64,000 nt of DNA from Amoebophrya sp. A120 (taxonomy: Eukaryota > Protista > Dinoflagellata). Below, piece after piece: positions 25,834-38,418 of this stretch. The position numbers were made by a program, and so were the translations under genes. The notes below the pieces were generated by a model that worked only from the letters and a program-made list of their open reading frames with translations, was not told the origin of the DNA and did no database searches. The stretch spans positions 11,334,733-11,398,732 of the forward strand of contig CAJINV010000003.1 of the NCBI GenBank assembly GCA_905178155.1. The letters run 5' to 3'. Position 1 is the first letter of the stretch. Every line of letters begins with the position of its first letter.

Positions 25834-28074
25834 TATGCGTTGCAAGTGTATCTGGGTCTCGATAGTTGAAACGCTATCACTTGGGATACCGCATGCAGGA
25901 TTCACTACGGAGCTATTTACCCATGACAAGCAATCCTGTCTGGTGGGAACAGTGTCCCCGCGCGGCTGCGACTTTGCGACGAAGATGACTCGCGAGGAGT
26001 GCGTTGCTCGGGGCTCTTGCCCATCGGTTGATTGTGTGGGACGGTAGTGGGCCCGAAGATCATAGCTAGTCCCCGTTTCCTTGAAGACTTTCCCGCCCGC
26101 GCGTGCTTCCCCGCTCGTAGCGCCACCTGAAAGTGCTCCCGGCCCCCCGGGCCGAGCCGCCGCCCGCAGCGGGGACCCTCCCGCCCGGCCGAAAGAACCC
26201 CAGCCGCACGGGCCGGGTTCCCGTGCCAAAATCTGCAAAGTCCGGGAGGCTTGCGGGCCTCGCCAAATCCTCAAAGCGCAGCAAGGCGGCAAAACTTTGG
26301 GAAGACTTGGAAAAACTTTGAAACGGGCGCGGGGCGGGTGCGCGTAAGCTGGCGGATTCGCTCGATGGTAGGTATGGAGAACTATTTGGCTACGCCCCAA
26401 ACTGGCGCGCTTTTCCCAGGATTTCCGGCCACTGATTTGGGCAACAAAGTTGGTTCGCGGCCTCCATTGAAATAGACACATACTCGCGGAGATCTGGGTG
26501 GCCGCCGGCAGAGTCGGCCCAGGGTGGAGCCTCCGCGTAGTAGTGGCATCCTTCACGAGCGCACTCGGGCCTTTTGGCCGCCCCGTTTGAGCGCGCCTGC
26601 TGTGCCGCCACGACTTCGGCGCGCGGCGCTTGCCACGTTGAAGTCCCCCCGTGCTTCTTCGCCGTGCCCATTCGGAAAGTGAAAACTTCCAGCGAAAACC
26701 ACTGAACTCCTGGGCTCCGGGGGGCCGCCCGGTCGTCGCACACCCATAATAATAGGCGGCCGGGCCCGTTTCATGCTGGAAGTGTGGCAGCCGATTGACA
26801 TCGCGAAAGGCCGCCAGGCGCGGCTGCCGGCACTTCGCCAGACCGTGGCTCCAGCTTAGCCACGTTTTGCGCCGGGCCGAGCCTCTGCGAGGAGATTGCT
26901 TTTTTGGGGGGCGGGGGCCCGGAGGATTCGTGTTCTTTTTCTTGTAGGCTTGTGTTACGGTGAGAACGGCACCCGCCCGCTGAGCTTAGTAATGCGCTCC
27001 CACGCGCGACTTTTCTCGTCTTTTGCATCACCCAGTGCCCTCCGCCACATGCGTGCGAATTCTGTCAGTCACGCACCCACGGACGGACGCAAATGAAGCA
27101 AAGGCCGGGCTTTTCCCTATGGGGCCAAACTACAACAGGCACAGCGCTGATATCCAGCGGCCCCCTGCTGCGTTTTCCCGCAAGAATGCTTTGCGCCGGC
27201 GTGCGGGGGTTTTCTACGGCTGGCGCTGCCTGACTTACTGCCGAAGGCCGGCCTTTTTTCCGAAAGCCGGCGGCCAGTTTTCTGCGCTCTTTTTGCACGC
27301 ACTTGCAGGGCTGTCGGCGTAGGACAGGGCAAAACGGGAACACGAGCGGCCTCAGGGAAAAAACGCCAGCCCGGGAATGCCGTGGCTCGGATAATATTTA
27401 GCGGGGCGCAGAACACATCCTACAGGCTGTTCGAAATGCGCACGCTTTTAGTTTTACCAAAGGCACGCGGGACGCTCCCGGTTCGTTCTCTTTCTCCCTT
27501 CCTCTGCTTCTTGGCGTTTTGCACGGCGAAAAGAAACACTCAAGGACATGGCCGACTTCTCTACGCTTATACCGAGGGGCGCCAGCGAACGCGTGTAACT
27601 ACTCAAGAACGTAGCTGCCGAATGCTCTGCGTCCGTTCATAGCGAAGGGCGCAAGGATCTTTCTTCATCGTGAAAAACACCAAGAGCAAGCCGAAGGGAG
27701 AAAGGCAAACCGGAAGCGTTTCTCATGGCTTTGGTAAAATTGTGCTCACTTTGCACAGCCCGCAGGCTATATCTTTAGCCCCGCTGAATACTACTTGGCG
27801 GGGTCATAGCCGAAGCGGTGCTCTATCCCCGAGGCCGGCGGTCAGACCTACGCCAACACAAACCGAAACCACGAAGACTGACGGGGCCCAAAGCTGAAAG
27901 GTCCCCCAAAGTGTTTTGCTCGTATTTCATCTATTTCAGTGCCCTAGGACTTTCGCAAACTTGAAAGAAAAGAAATGCTCAGCCCATGTGGGGGCGCAAT
28001 CACCGACCAACTGGAACTGCGTGCATGGTTGCAATCAGAATCACTTCGAGCGCGATACAACTTTTGCACACATA
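25834..28074. mobile_element. Probable introner with nested GC-rich insertion
   Basis: TATGCGTTGCAAGTGTATC ... GATACAACTTTTGCACACATA; flanks CTTCC/CGCCC. Confidence 0.55.
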
Positions 28075-28331
28075 CGCCCGCTGCTGCTGCAACTCCATCC
28101 AGCCCTGGCCCTCGCTGTCTTCCTGGGCGAAACTGGTGCTCGCAGGCCCATTGCCTTTGTCAAAGTGATGCACATCATGAGGATGAGCACGGTGCTCCTC
28201 CCCATGCTTCTCATGGACATGGTGCTTCTTCTTCTCGTTCTTATGCGCATGGTGCTCATGCTGATGCGCATCCTGATTTTGTGTGAGATGCGCGATGTCA
28301 TGTTCTTTCAAAACTTTCTCCGCTCCAGAGC
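28075..28331 (-). CDS. Probable His-rich exon of the same protein family (gene assignment unresolved)
   Basis: Reads AEKVLKEHDIAHLTQNQDAHQHEHHAH...STSFAQEDSEG..., resembling the His-rich linkers of ORFs 5080 and 34420; bounded by introner-like ends at 28074 (...CACATA) and 28332 (TATCAAATG...). Confidence 0.65.
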
Positions 28332-29139
28332 TATCAAATGGGCGCGGGGATCGGCATCGGGAGTTCGCCAATATTTCCAGCGGCTAGTGATTACAAATCT
28401 TAATCTAGCAAATCAAGATCAGAATCAACGCCAACTGTGCCGGGGTGTAATTTAATTTGTGACTGTGAAGCATTTTCGACGAATTTGTGAAGGAGAGCCA
28501 TTTTCCAAATGGATCCCCTACAAGCAGCACACTTCCGAGCTTTTTCCACATGCCTCTCGACAACCAAAACAGGGGCGCGGCGGCGCAGAAAGCGCATGCC
28601 GTTTCCCTGCGTGCGCGATATTTGTTTCTTCCTTTCCCGAGTCGCGGTTTGTTGGGGTGGTTTCATGCGACAAAAACGCGACAAGTGGCGAAGACGAAGC
28701 TGCCAACGGCAAAGAGGCTGCAGCATGCAAACAAGCCTTGGATGGGCAGCCCGCTAACGGAAGCGACGGCTCCCAGTGGTAAATAACCACCAACGCGTCG
28801 CCACACCTCTTGCTCTTACCGAAAGAGATGGGGACTCACTCCTATGGGCGCAGCTACAGACAGTAGCACACCTACCGGCCCGAGGGGCCGCGTGCCCCGG
28901 ACCCTTCCCGCGAGTTAGTCGCCCGAAGCGAGCCGACAGGACAATGGTAAAGCAGCGTCGAAGATTTGGTTGTAGATGATTCTCGAGAACGCCGGAACGG
29001 GAAGGGAAATGCCGACACGTCAAAAAAAAGTCAGGACATTTTTGAAGAGAGTCAAAAACCAGTCAGATGCACGGCAAAACTGACCACCACAGTAGGGGGC
29101 GCAAAGCTTGGCTCTTTTTTGACTCTCTTCAAGAATTCC

Positions 29140-29240
29140 CTGACTGCCTTCGCAAATTGCTTGACTACCTTCGCAAACTGCCTAGCTGCCTTCGCAGATT
29201 GCTTGACTGCCTTCGCAAATCGCTTGACTGCCGTCACAGG
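29140..29240. repeat. 21-bp minisatellite TGACTGCCTTCGCAAATTGCT
   Basis: About 4.5 imperfect tandem copies. Confidence 0.9.
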
Positions 29241-30129
29241 TCGCGCCTGATGGCTGTCAAAATATCTCGGCTCCCGTCAAAATATTTTGCAAGTGCTCGA
29301 AGGTAGCTGGCTGCCTTGAACAGCTGTCGATGTTACTCAACAACTGCCGACCGGCTGCACGTGCCGCCGAATTGCGCGGAGGCATTCTCGCTGAACGTTC
29401 GCCACCATTAGCGAGGGCCTCAGAACCGTCTGCCACCAGAGTGGCCTACGTTCAGAAGCTGCCTCAAGCACAAAGCGAGGCGGCGTAGTGTTGCATCGCA
29501 GAACTGTCGCCGACGACGCGCAAGCCTGCCCGCGCGATTCATCACAAACCCGCACGAGGCTGCGCGCAGACTGACGTCGCAGCTACGACTGCAACGCGGC
29601 ACCCGGCGCACCTCGCGCACGACCTGCAGCGGGCATAGCTGCCCACTTTTTCAGAACGTCCTTACTTCAAAAATGCTTCAAAAATATAGCCCAGAACTCT
29701 ATTCGCCGCGGGCGGTCTAGCGTCAAGTCAGGATGGAATTTAGGGAGTCTGGCATAGCCTCGGAGATCTGAGGGCGGTCCGTTCCTTTCCCTTTTCGAGG
29801 CCTGCAAAAACCAAAAGCGCATAAGCTAGCACTTACGTAAACCACAGGAAAAGGAGCGCGCTGCTTACTAGTGCCAGGCCTTTGCCTGTATGGAGGTAGT
29901 TGAACTCTACAAACAGGCACGGGCTTCGCAGGAGCGGCGGCGGCACAGACAGGCAGACTCTGCGGTCGTCCCCCGGCGGCACTGCCTCGATTTTGGGAGG
30001 GGGTTCCGGAGAGGATTCCTGAGGGGTCTTCAAGATCCTCGCCGGAATCCCCTGGCCCAATGTGCGCCGTATTTCGTGCGTGCCCTTTCCCCGTTGGCAA
30101 GGAAGCACTATCTTCTAGCTACCTCGGCT

Positions 30130-30650
30130 TGGCGGACTTCCCCGGGGCGAGGGCGGATCCCCCGGCCGGGGTTAGGGCGGATCCCCCACAACAAGGGCGG
30201 ATCCCCGGGGCACGGGCGGATCCTCCGAAGCGAGGGCGGGCCACCCGGGCTGCGGGGGGCGGATCCCCCGGCGGCCGGGCGGATCCCCCGGAGAGCGGGC
30301 GGACCCCTCGGGGCGGGGCGGGTCCCCCGAGCGAAAGGGTGGCCCCACCCGGGCGAGGGCGGATCCCCCAGAAGCGAGGACAGACCCCCGGGAGAGCGGG
30401 CGGACCCCCCGGGCGCGAGGGCGGATCCCCTGGTGGGCGGGCGGACCCCCGGGGCGGGGCGGATCCCCCGGAAGCGGGTTGACCCCCGGGGATGGGCGGA
30501 TCCCCCGGGAAGCCAGCGTGCGGGCGGACCCCTTGGGGCGAGGGCGGATCGGGATCCCCCGAACCGAGGGCGGATCCCCCGGGGGGCGAGGGCGTATCCC
30601 CCGGGGCGAGGGCGGATCCCCCGGGGGCGAGGGCGGATCCCCCGGACGCC
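30130..30650. repeat. GC-rich ~20-bp minisatellite GGGCGGATCCCCCGGGGCGA
   Basis: More than 20 imperfect tandem copies. Confidence 0.95.
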
Positions 30651-32049
30651 GGACAATCCTTGTCCCGGGCGACATACGTGCTGCTCCCCGGTATTTACTT
30701 CCCCACAAAATAAAAAGCGTCCCTCGTGCTGCCGCCGTGTTTCACGTTTTAGGTCTCAGAGCGTGCCGGTCTCTTTATGTAACATCGCCTCGAAGCAGCC
30801 GGCAAACCGAGAAGACACCCCATCTGTCTCGGGGCCTCTCTTCTTGGGTCGCGGCCCGCGGCGAAACACATTCGGCGGCGAAATGCGAAATCCGGCCCCT
30901 TCGCAACGGGGTATCCCTTGTAGCACGCGGGTGACAAATTGACCCCTGCTGGCCCGGATGGTATGCCCCCGCGGATACCTCCCCCTCCTGCGTAGAGGGG
31001 CGTCCTTTCCAGCCCGAACAGTAGAAACGTGCCCCCTGCCCGCGAGGTGTCTCCTTGCCTCCACCACGATTCGCCACGCGGCCATCTTTGTAGCCTACGC
31101 GGAGGGCCCACTCGCGCGCTTTTTCTCCAGGCTAAAAATTTGAACAATTTTCGCCATTTCGGGCTGCCCATACATACACTCGGGCCCCCGAGGCTGGGCA
31201 TTTCCGGGATGAAGGAGGGTTTTCAATTTTGGTCGCGCCGGGGGCTGAAAACCGTGGAGGGCGGGCATACCTCGACAGGCCCGATCGCCGTTTTGTTTTT
31301 TAATCTCAGAGGAAGGAGCCCCCGAAAAATTTTGGACGCCTTTTTTCAGTGCACACTTTCAGGCGGTGTTGCCTTGTCTTTTCTTTTTCAGCAAATATCA
31401 TCACTCACTTGCAAACTTCAAGCAGGTGCCCACGGGCCGCGGACGAAGTCCGCGCCTTCTGCAGGCCGCTTACATGCTACGAGTAGTTGCCTTCTTTGCG
31501 CAATTTCTTTCGGTTTTCAAGGCGTCTGAGGGCCGCGCGCAAAGTCGCGACTTTTTTTGCGCCGATTGGGGTTACATGCTGCGAAAGATAGCGCTTCTTT
31601 CCAGGGCGGCCGACGGGTGGCAAGATATCCGCCAAAAGAAGCCTCATACCGTCGGCCAAGCACAAGCTCTTTTTCAGAATCAGACTAGATGGAGCTGCCG
31701 CAGTACTTCTTTTTGATTTTGCCCTCCCACTTCCCCCGCTTGGATATCGCTGCTTTTGCTGTTTTCGCAAAAAGTCCGCAAAGTTTAGCGGAATCCGCCT
31801 CCTGGAGGCCAAACGCACCTGAAAGCAAGCGCCCGACTTTGCGAGTGGTTGCATACCCCCGGGCTCCTCCCATATGGCAACGGCGAAGCCTTCGTGCCCC
31901 GCTTGCGATGGATGACGCGAGTGCTTGCGCAATCTTTGGTTACCAGATTAGGGCCTAGGATAGGAGAGCAATGGATCACCCTGTAGGTTGTGGGCGTGCG
32001 AGTGCGACCCACGTCTATAATTTGCATACGGAAATAGTAAGTTTAAGTT

Positions 32050-32215
32050 AATAAGTACTTTCTTTTTTCCTCCAGCAAGGCGCGCAAGACCATGACCAAC
32101 CTTCATCAGCAGCCCTTGAGAGCGCCTGTTTTGCGCCTGGGTCATGTTTCCTTTCATGAACTCAAGTTGCTGTTTTTCTTCTGCCTCCTCTTTTGCAGTC
32201 GGAGTCTTGTATCGA
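32050..32215 (-). CDS. Possible exon (KTPTAKEEAEEKQQLEFMKGNMTQAQNRRSQGLLMKVGHGLARLAGGKKK)
   Basis: Protein-like stretch within ORF 31948..32343, composition similar to the flanking family; boundaries not resolved. Confidence 0.4.
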
Positions 32216-33842
32216 GATGAGAAGCGTGCCGGCCCCTTGACATGAAGACGTTTGCATGTGCGGTTTCCGAATAGAGAGACTCGTCGCCATGCCTGAACGC
32301 GCAATGTAAATTTCCAAGACGGGTGGATAGCAATTGGCTGCATGGTGGTGGTAAGAAAGAACCACTTCCCACGTCTGCGTCGTGGGGCAAGGCTTATCGA
32401 AATGGCTGTAGTGTCAGGTCGAAAGCTATTACGTGCAGTTGAGTAAAATCAAACTAGAACCCTAAAATGAATAGACCTTTTCAACCCTTCTAAACCTTTT
32501 CGACGTTAAGTATTTAGTGCTTGGTTAGTGAGGCTGGATAAAGCATAGTGGTTGCCGCTGGCGTCTGGATGCTGGAAAACTCGCGGAGTCGCTCGTGTGA
32601 AGATCGGATCCATCACATGCTCCACGTTCCAGATTGATTTCTCTTCGTCGTGCACGAGCTTTGCGTCCCGTCCGGCTATCTCTCAGTCGCATGACATGGG
32701 GATGGCCCCAATCGGCGAGCACTCATGACATGAGGACGCCCCTAGCGCGCATGATAGATTTGAGAGCCAAGGATAGCACCACTTGCATTTTTCCAAATCC
32801 AGGCAAGTTAGCAAGTGCAAGGCATAGCGGGTCTTAACCTGCAGCAGGATGTGTCTCTCACTAACCACAAATCTAATACTTAACGTGTACACCTTAAGTT
32901 CAACAATGAGAAAAAAAAGGCGGAGCATTTTCAACAACGGAATCATAAGGCCGAGCATCTTCAACAACAGAGGCAGTTTTTTGCAAATAGGCGCAAGCGC
33001 CGACCCAGTCCTGAAACAGGCGACACGCGCAGCGTTTTCTAGGCGCCCAAGAACACAGCGCGCGCCAGCGCCTGTGGGCATGTTTGTTGTTTTTGTGGAC
33101 TCGGTGCGCATAGTAGTGACTCGGGTCGGCCAACCTGATGACTTTCGACCAAGCGATCGCGTCACCCCTTCGGCAACGTGCAAAACACTCAAAGCCAAAT
33201 AAGCGCTCGAACTTTAGCCATTAGCCTCGCGCGACATGTTGCCTAGCCTAGTGCTAGTACTAGCCTCGTGAAGCCTGGCTAGGGCTAGCCGAAGCCTATG
33301 CATATCCTGAACCATCTCCGTCCTGACAATGCAAACGAGTGCCCCACTCGGATACTCACCGACCAAGATTCCTCCTGCCTGGCTCCCGGCCGTGTTTGTA
33401 GTGTTTTTTCGAAAACATCTATCAAATGGTCGAAATGCAACATATCCTTATCCACGCTCCGGATCTGTAATCAGCAAAATTTTTTACTCTTGTGGAAAAT
33501 GCATGAGAAAACGGAATCAGCAACAAAAAATAGCACTTTTTTAGATAAAGCAGGAAAGTCAGGCCCAGGCGGTGATAAAAGTTCTACGTGGTGCGAAATT
33601 CATTTCGAAAGAAGAAGCAAAGCGCGCGACTTCTTTGCTTCGCACTACTTACAGGCTTCAGAGTCGCCGCACATATATGGGCTCAGCGTGACAAAATTGG
33701 GCTTAGGCTAGCGCCCAAGGCGAGGAAGCAAGAGCGAAGCTTTTTTCGCGAAGACCTAGAACTCACAGCCGGCGCATCATAGTGCACAGAGCGCGCTTTT
33801 GCAACTTGTGAAATGTAAGCTGTTCCGAGTTGTGCTTGTTTG

Positions 33843-34345
33843 TAATTAGTTTACAGAAGCACATCGCAAAGCTATCGCATCAGGCTTGGAGGAACAATTG
33901 ACAAACCTTGCGAAGGTTTTCAACCTTGTGAAGGTTGGCCAAAATTGCGACACTTCGCGGTCTTTTTTTGTCGAAAAAGTCGGAAAATCTTCTGAAGGGC
34001 AAAAAAGTGCCACGAACTTCTGAAGGTTTTCAACCTTCAGAAGATTCGCAAAGCGGTCGCTTTTCACCTGCAGAAGCTTTCTTTGCATAATTTCTTTCAT
34101 TTTTTTTCTTCTGAAGGTAAAAAAAAAACACTCAGGAGGTGCGACCTTCAGAAGGTCAAAACGCCCACGGTGGCAACCGCTTATATTCCCGCTAAAGCAA
34201 AAACGTGCACAGTGTGGCTTTTTTCAATTCTTTTTCTTCTGAAGGTTTCAGAGATGACTTTGGACATTCAGAAGGTCTTCAGAAGGAAAACCTTCAGAAG
34301 AATCGGCAGCAATTGTTTGAAGCTTTGCCACTGCAGCTATAATTC
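33843..34345. repeat. Cluster of palindromic CCTTCWGAAGG motifs with degenerate inverted ends (MITE-like)
   Basis: About 12 copies or variants; both ends share GCAAAGCT and AACAATTG in inverted orientation. Confidence 0.7.
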
Positions 34346-34419
34346 AACATTGTGAATTATTGGATTATTCTACATAGGGTCTTCGTTCGTAAGGCGAAAG
34401 CTCAAGCTAGCAGAAGCGC

Positions 34420-37400
34420 TCAGATATTTTGAAGGCTCCACAAAGCAAACGCCTCTAGATTCGGGGGCTTGAGGCACTTTTCAATCGATGGCTCTGCGCC
34501 TGTGATGAATTTTTTGATCCTCTCGGTAATCGCCTCAAATCCCATCTCGCACATCCCAGCGATTTGCATCACGAAGTCTTTCGCTTTGTTCATGAATTTT
34601 TTCAACTTGGTCGCGATCCCCGTGAGAATGTCTTTTGCCACGTGCAGCACTTTGCTCCGCATCTCGTCAATCAGATCTTTGAGCAGCTCAGGGCCCCGCG
34701 AATCAGCCGCGTCCTCTACCATTTTCGCGACCTCGGCGGCGGCGATAGGGTTTAGAGCGGTCTCATGCTTGTCTTTGTACCAGTTCAGAAAAGCAGTCGT
34801 GGTGGCGTCGATTAAAGTGCTGCGAGCCATTTGAAACATGGAGTGCGCAATGTCGGTAATGAAGCTGCCGCCCAGGAAATTGTTCTGAACCACTTCTAGC
34901 TGGTCCCAAAGCACATTCTTCACTCTTTTCGCGACGTCTTTGAAGAAGTCGCCCAAGTGTCCCATCACAGCATTGATTTGACGGATCACCTTGCTCACAG
35001 CCCCTGGGTTCACGTCACCGCCGCGCACAAGGGATTTATCTGTTGGATTTGTTTGGTCCCCCGGTTCCGGAGCTGTATCTGCGCGTAGCTCCAGAAGACC
35101 GGTCGGCGAAGAAAGCGAAAGGCCCCGCTCCTCTTGACCATCCCCAACGGAATTGAGTTCGCCGGGTGTATCTGTAGCTGACGTAGCTCCTGTGACGTCG
35201 CCCAGGGGCGCGATGCTGACAGCATGTCTGTCAACGCCTGTGGAGATTTCGCCGCTCGGAGCATGTCGCCGCTCAGTTACCATCGCGAAGCTGCTCGGCT
35301 GTCCGCTGTCGTCCTTTCGCGTTAGGTTCGATTCGGTAATTACGGAAAAGGAAGAGTGCTGTTGTGCCGCTTCCTCCTGATTCTCCTTGTCCTGCCCCAG
35401 CAGCAGCTTCATCAACTTTCCGAGCAATTCGACCGACCAAGGCACTTTTTTTAGTAGCAGCTCCGAAATCTTTCCGAAGACGAAATCTTGCACATAGGGC
35501 ATCACCGTATCCTGATTGCTGACGACTGCAGCGGCCGCCGCGTCATGGTTCGCCTCTCCTAGCACGGCCTTGGCTAGGTTCTTCGCTCCGTCGAAAGCTT
35601 TACCAATCAGGCCCACCGCGACCTTCCCACTGAAATAATGCAATAGCGGCTGCGCTAAAGTAAACAGGGCACCGACAAAAGGAATACGTTTCAACCCATC
35701 GGTGATTGTTTTCACGATCGCAAACAATTTATCCGAAATCACATCGTTGAAGACATCGAGTACGGTGGCGCAGAAACCTGGGAGATGGATCGTCAGGGCC
35801 CCCTTGAAGGTCTCCACCAGATGTTCTTTTTCCTCTGGTTTTGACTGCAAATCTTTTCCCTCACCCTTGTGTTCGTGATCGTGTTTAAGTCTGTGTGCTT
35901 TACTTTTACTCCCTCCACCGTGTTGGTTTGTTGTGTCGTGCGCTTTGACCTTGTGTTTGTGTTCTGGTTCGTGTGCTTCCCCCTCGTGTTGGTGTTCCTC
36001 TGCTATGTGTGCTACGTGTGTGTTGGAGGCCAAGCTGTTCAGGAACTCACGACTGAGACTGTGCAACATATCCGCAATTTTCTCCCCTCTATCCGCGTAC
36101 TTGATGAGTGTACTCGCCAACACCGGTACACCATTTTCGTCCAGTGGCTTACTTTTCAGCAACAGGTTCCTGATTAGCGGAATCAGGTGTGCGAGCACTG
36201 CCGCCACCTTTTCTTGCATCTCCGTTGATTTGCGGATGTATGCCACGGACACGTCTGCCAGTTTGTCGGGAAGCGGATCAAGAATATTGTCCTCGATTGG
36301 CTCGACGATTAGCCTTCGCACGAAGGTGGCCTGTCCGGGGATCTCAACAGTGAGTTGTTCAACCGCTTCAAAAGCGCCGTTCCCGAGGTCCTCAAAAAAA
36401 TTCGCGATCGCAGCAGAAACTCCCGCCCAAATGGACTTCTGAAATACATCCTTCACGTTGCCAACAAGGTTTTTCACAAGAGAGTCTATCGCATACTTCA
36501 CAAAATGCTTGGCCGCTTTTTCACATTCTGCTTTAGCTACATCAGACGTTCCTTCCGGAACCGCAACGGCCTTGCTCGCCTTCTCGGCCTCGCTTGCGAT
36601 ACTCGACTCGAACTCGCCAAAGGCAAAGGTAGTCTTCGTCCCCGTGGCGGAACGACGCTTTGGAGGTATCATGGCGGCTACATCTGCCGGCATCTCGTCG
36701 TTCTGCTTGCTGTTTCTACTTACGAGGCGTTTCGCTTGACGCGTAAATCGCGCCATCCGTCCCCCTTTGACTTTCGCTGCCTTTTTACGCTGCGCCGAAA
36801 TCTTATTGCCTTTGCCATTCAGAACTTTGTCAAAGTGCTGCTCTTGCGCTTCTTCAGCTGCACTCTCCTCAGCCTTCTCTCCACCAGTCAGCTTTTTCCA
36901 CCACGCACTAAAATTGTCCCACAGAGCGGGAGCGACAACGTTGGTAAAGAACTCGTAAGCAGCATCCGTCAGGCTCGTTTGCAGACCACCCGAGAACTGT
37001 TTCACGAGTTCCTGGAGATTAACCTCGACCGGAAATGCTTTTACGAGATCTCCGAGGAAGCAGTTGGCCAATCTCTCCCCGAACTTTTGCATAAGATCGC
37101 CGGCAGACACCAACTTGACAATCTTCTGCATCATCGCCGTGCCGAGCTCCCTGATCGTAAACTTTTGCTTTTGCACCATGGAGCTCGTTCCGGCGGCAGC
37201 TGTCTCCGTATTGCTAGCAGTGTCGTCCTGGGGAAGCACCATGCTCAGCGTAGCGCGAATCTTGGCCCACACCCTCCGAGTCATGTCTTTGAGGTCTGCT
37301 GCCATTTTGGCAGCACGATTCTTCGCTGCAGTTATCTTTTCTACCGCCTTGTGAAGCGCGCTTCCGGTCATATGCTTTGCCTTGGAAAACAGCGTAACGC

Positions 37401-37848
37401 TCTGGATCAGTGGAAGAAGACCTCCTCGTAAGTGCACGGTCAATTTGCGTAAGCTCCTCGCCTCGTCGCTGGAACTCGTCCCCGCCTCGTCGCTGGAACT
37501 CGGACTCACTTCCGAGAGAGCCTCCTGACTTGGATTTTCAAGCTCCTCGCGGACTATTTCCTTTAACAAGTCTTGCCCATCATATTGCGGCTCATTTTCC
37601 GAGCAGCCGTTATGAAAAACGGCTGTCACAGTCTGGGCGTCTTTTGCTGCAGAAGACATTTTACCCCAATGCTTCTTTTTAAAGAGGCCGAGAAGCTTGT
37701 CCTGCAGCCCCTTGTCGCATTCGGTTTGTTTGCTCGTCATTTGCATGAATGAGTGATCGGGTAGTGGCCCTACCTCTGCAAGTGCATCTCCCTCTTCGAC
37801 GATGGTAGAGACCGTGTCCGCCCTAAATGTCAGCGTGCGGAGATCCAT
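34420..37848 (-). CDS. Large exon (1,142 aa) of amphipathic-helical module protein, related in architecture to 5080-23565
   Basis: Long uninterrupted ORF; SFMQ, SMVQ and similar motifs, His-rich linker, helical modules. A TATCTG start at 34426 suggests an intron just before the apparent stop. Confidence 0.85.
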   Translation of the reverse strand: MDLRTLTFRADTVSTIVEEGDALAEVGPLPDHSFMQMTSKQTECDKGLQDKLLGLFKKKHWGKMSSAAKDAQTVTAVFHNGCSENEPQYDGQDLLKEIVREELENPSQEALSEVSPSSSDEAGTSSSDEARSLRKLTVHLRGGLLPLIQSVTLFSKAKHMTGSALHKAVEKITAAKNRAAKMAADLKDMTRRVWAKIRATLSMVLPQDDTASNTETAAAGTSSMVQKQKFTIRELGTAMMQKIVKLVSAGDLMQKFGERLANCFLGDLVKAFPVEVNLQELVKQFSGGLQTSLTDAAYEFFTNVVAPALWDNFSAWWKKLTGGEKAEESAAEEAQEQHFDKVLNGKGNKISAQRKKAAKVKGGRMARFTRQAKRLVSRNSKQNDEMPADVAAMIPPKRRSATGTKTTFAFGEFESSIASEAEKASKAVAVPEGTSDVAKAECEKAAKHFVKYAIDSLVKNLVGNVKDVFQKSIWAGVSAAIANFFEDLGNGAFEAVEQLTVEIPGQATFVRRLIVEPIEDNILDPLPDKLADVSVAYIRKSTEMQEKVAAVLAHLIPLIRNLLLKSKPLDENGVPVLASTLIKYADRGEKIADMLHSLSREFLNSLASNTHVAHIAEEHQHEGEAHEPEHKHKVKAHDTTNQHGGGSKSKAHRLKHDHEHKGEGKDLQSKPEEKEHLVETFKGALTIHLPGFCATVLDVFNDVISDKLFAIVKTITDGLKRIPFVGALFTLAQPLLHYFSGKVAVGLIGKAFDGAKNLAKAVLGEANHDAAAAAVVSNQDTVMPYVQDFVFGKISELLLKKVPWSVELLGKLMKLLLGQDKENQEEAAQQHSSFSVITESNLTRKDDSGQPSSFAMVTERRHAPSGEISTGVDRHAVSIAPLGDVTGATSATDTPGELNSVGDGQEERGLSLSSPTGLLELRADTAPEPGDQTNPTDKSLVRGGDVNPGAVSKVIRQINAVMGHLGDFFKDVAKRVKNVLWDQLEVVQNNFLGGSFITDIAHSMFQMARSTLIDATTTAFLNWYKDKHETALNPIAAAEVAKMVEDAADSRGPELLKDLIDEMRSKVLHVAKDILTGIATKLKKFMNKAKDFVMQIAGMCEMGFEAITERIKKFITGAEPSIEKCLKPPNLEAFALWSLQNI

Positions 37849-38418
37849 CCTGAGTAAAAGCGGGCCTCACGCCCCATGCTCGAGACTCTGCGAATCGCGA
37901 CTTTGGGTGCCAAAATGCTCACGATGTTTGAATTTGGTGGTGTGAAATAGAGGGCTGAGCGACGCGGGCACACTGGAAACACGCTTGCTGCAAGCGACAC
38001 CCGCCGCCGTGTGGCGCCCGAGAGAGCCAATTTGCCGCGAGAAGGGTACTCGTCAGGCGATCGGAAGAAGCGACGTCACGGACTGCGCCTCCACGTTGAA
38101 TGGTCGGCGGCGCAGTAAATAGCTGCGCAAACAACGCGCGCGCGCCTTGGCCTTGCTCTCGTAGTCCGCAAAGTGGGAGTGAAAGAGCTGCGCTGACAGC
38201 ATGTGAACGCTAACGCCATGGAGCGGCTACTGATTCGCACTCGCCACTAGCTACCCAAAAGCGAGAGACGCTGCGCACGAAGAATCGAGCTCGCTGACGT
38301 CAGCACATTGACACTGGGCCGTCAGTGCAGTGGCCAGCAGCATAGGCACGGCGGGCTGCCCGAGATAAAAATAAATATACGGCCTCGCTAGATGGAAGCG
38401 CAAAGCGGCGCTGCCACC

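Noticed and set aside
29052-29250. Heptad-repeat (AKAVKQF) coiled-coil peptide
   Set aside because: Arises from a 21-bp minisatellite; no link to neighbouring exons found.
29890-30942. 350-aa GRIP/ADPP repeat ORF and overlapping ORFs
   Set aside because: Open frames produced by the GC-rich minisatellite.
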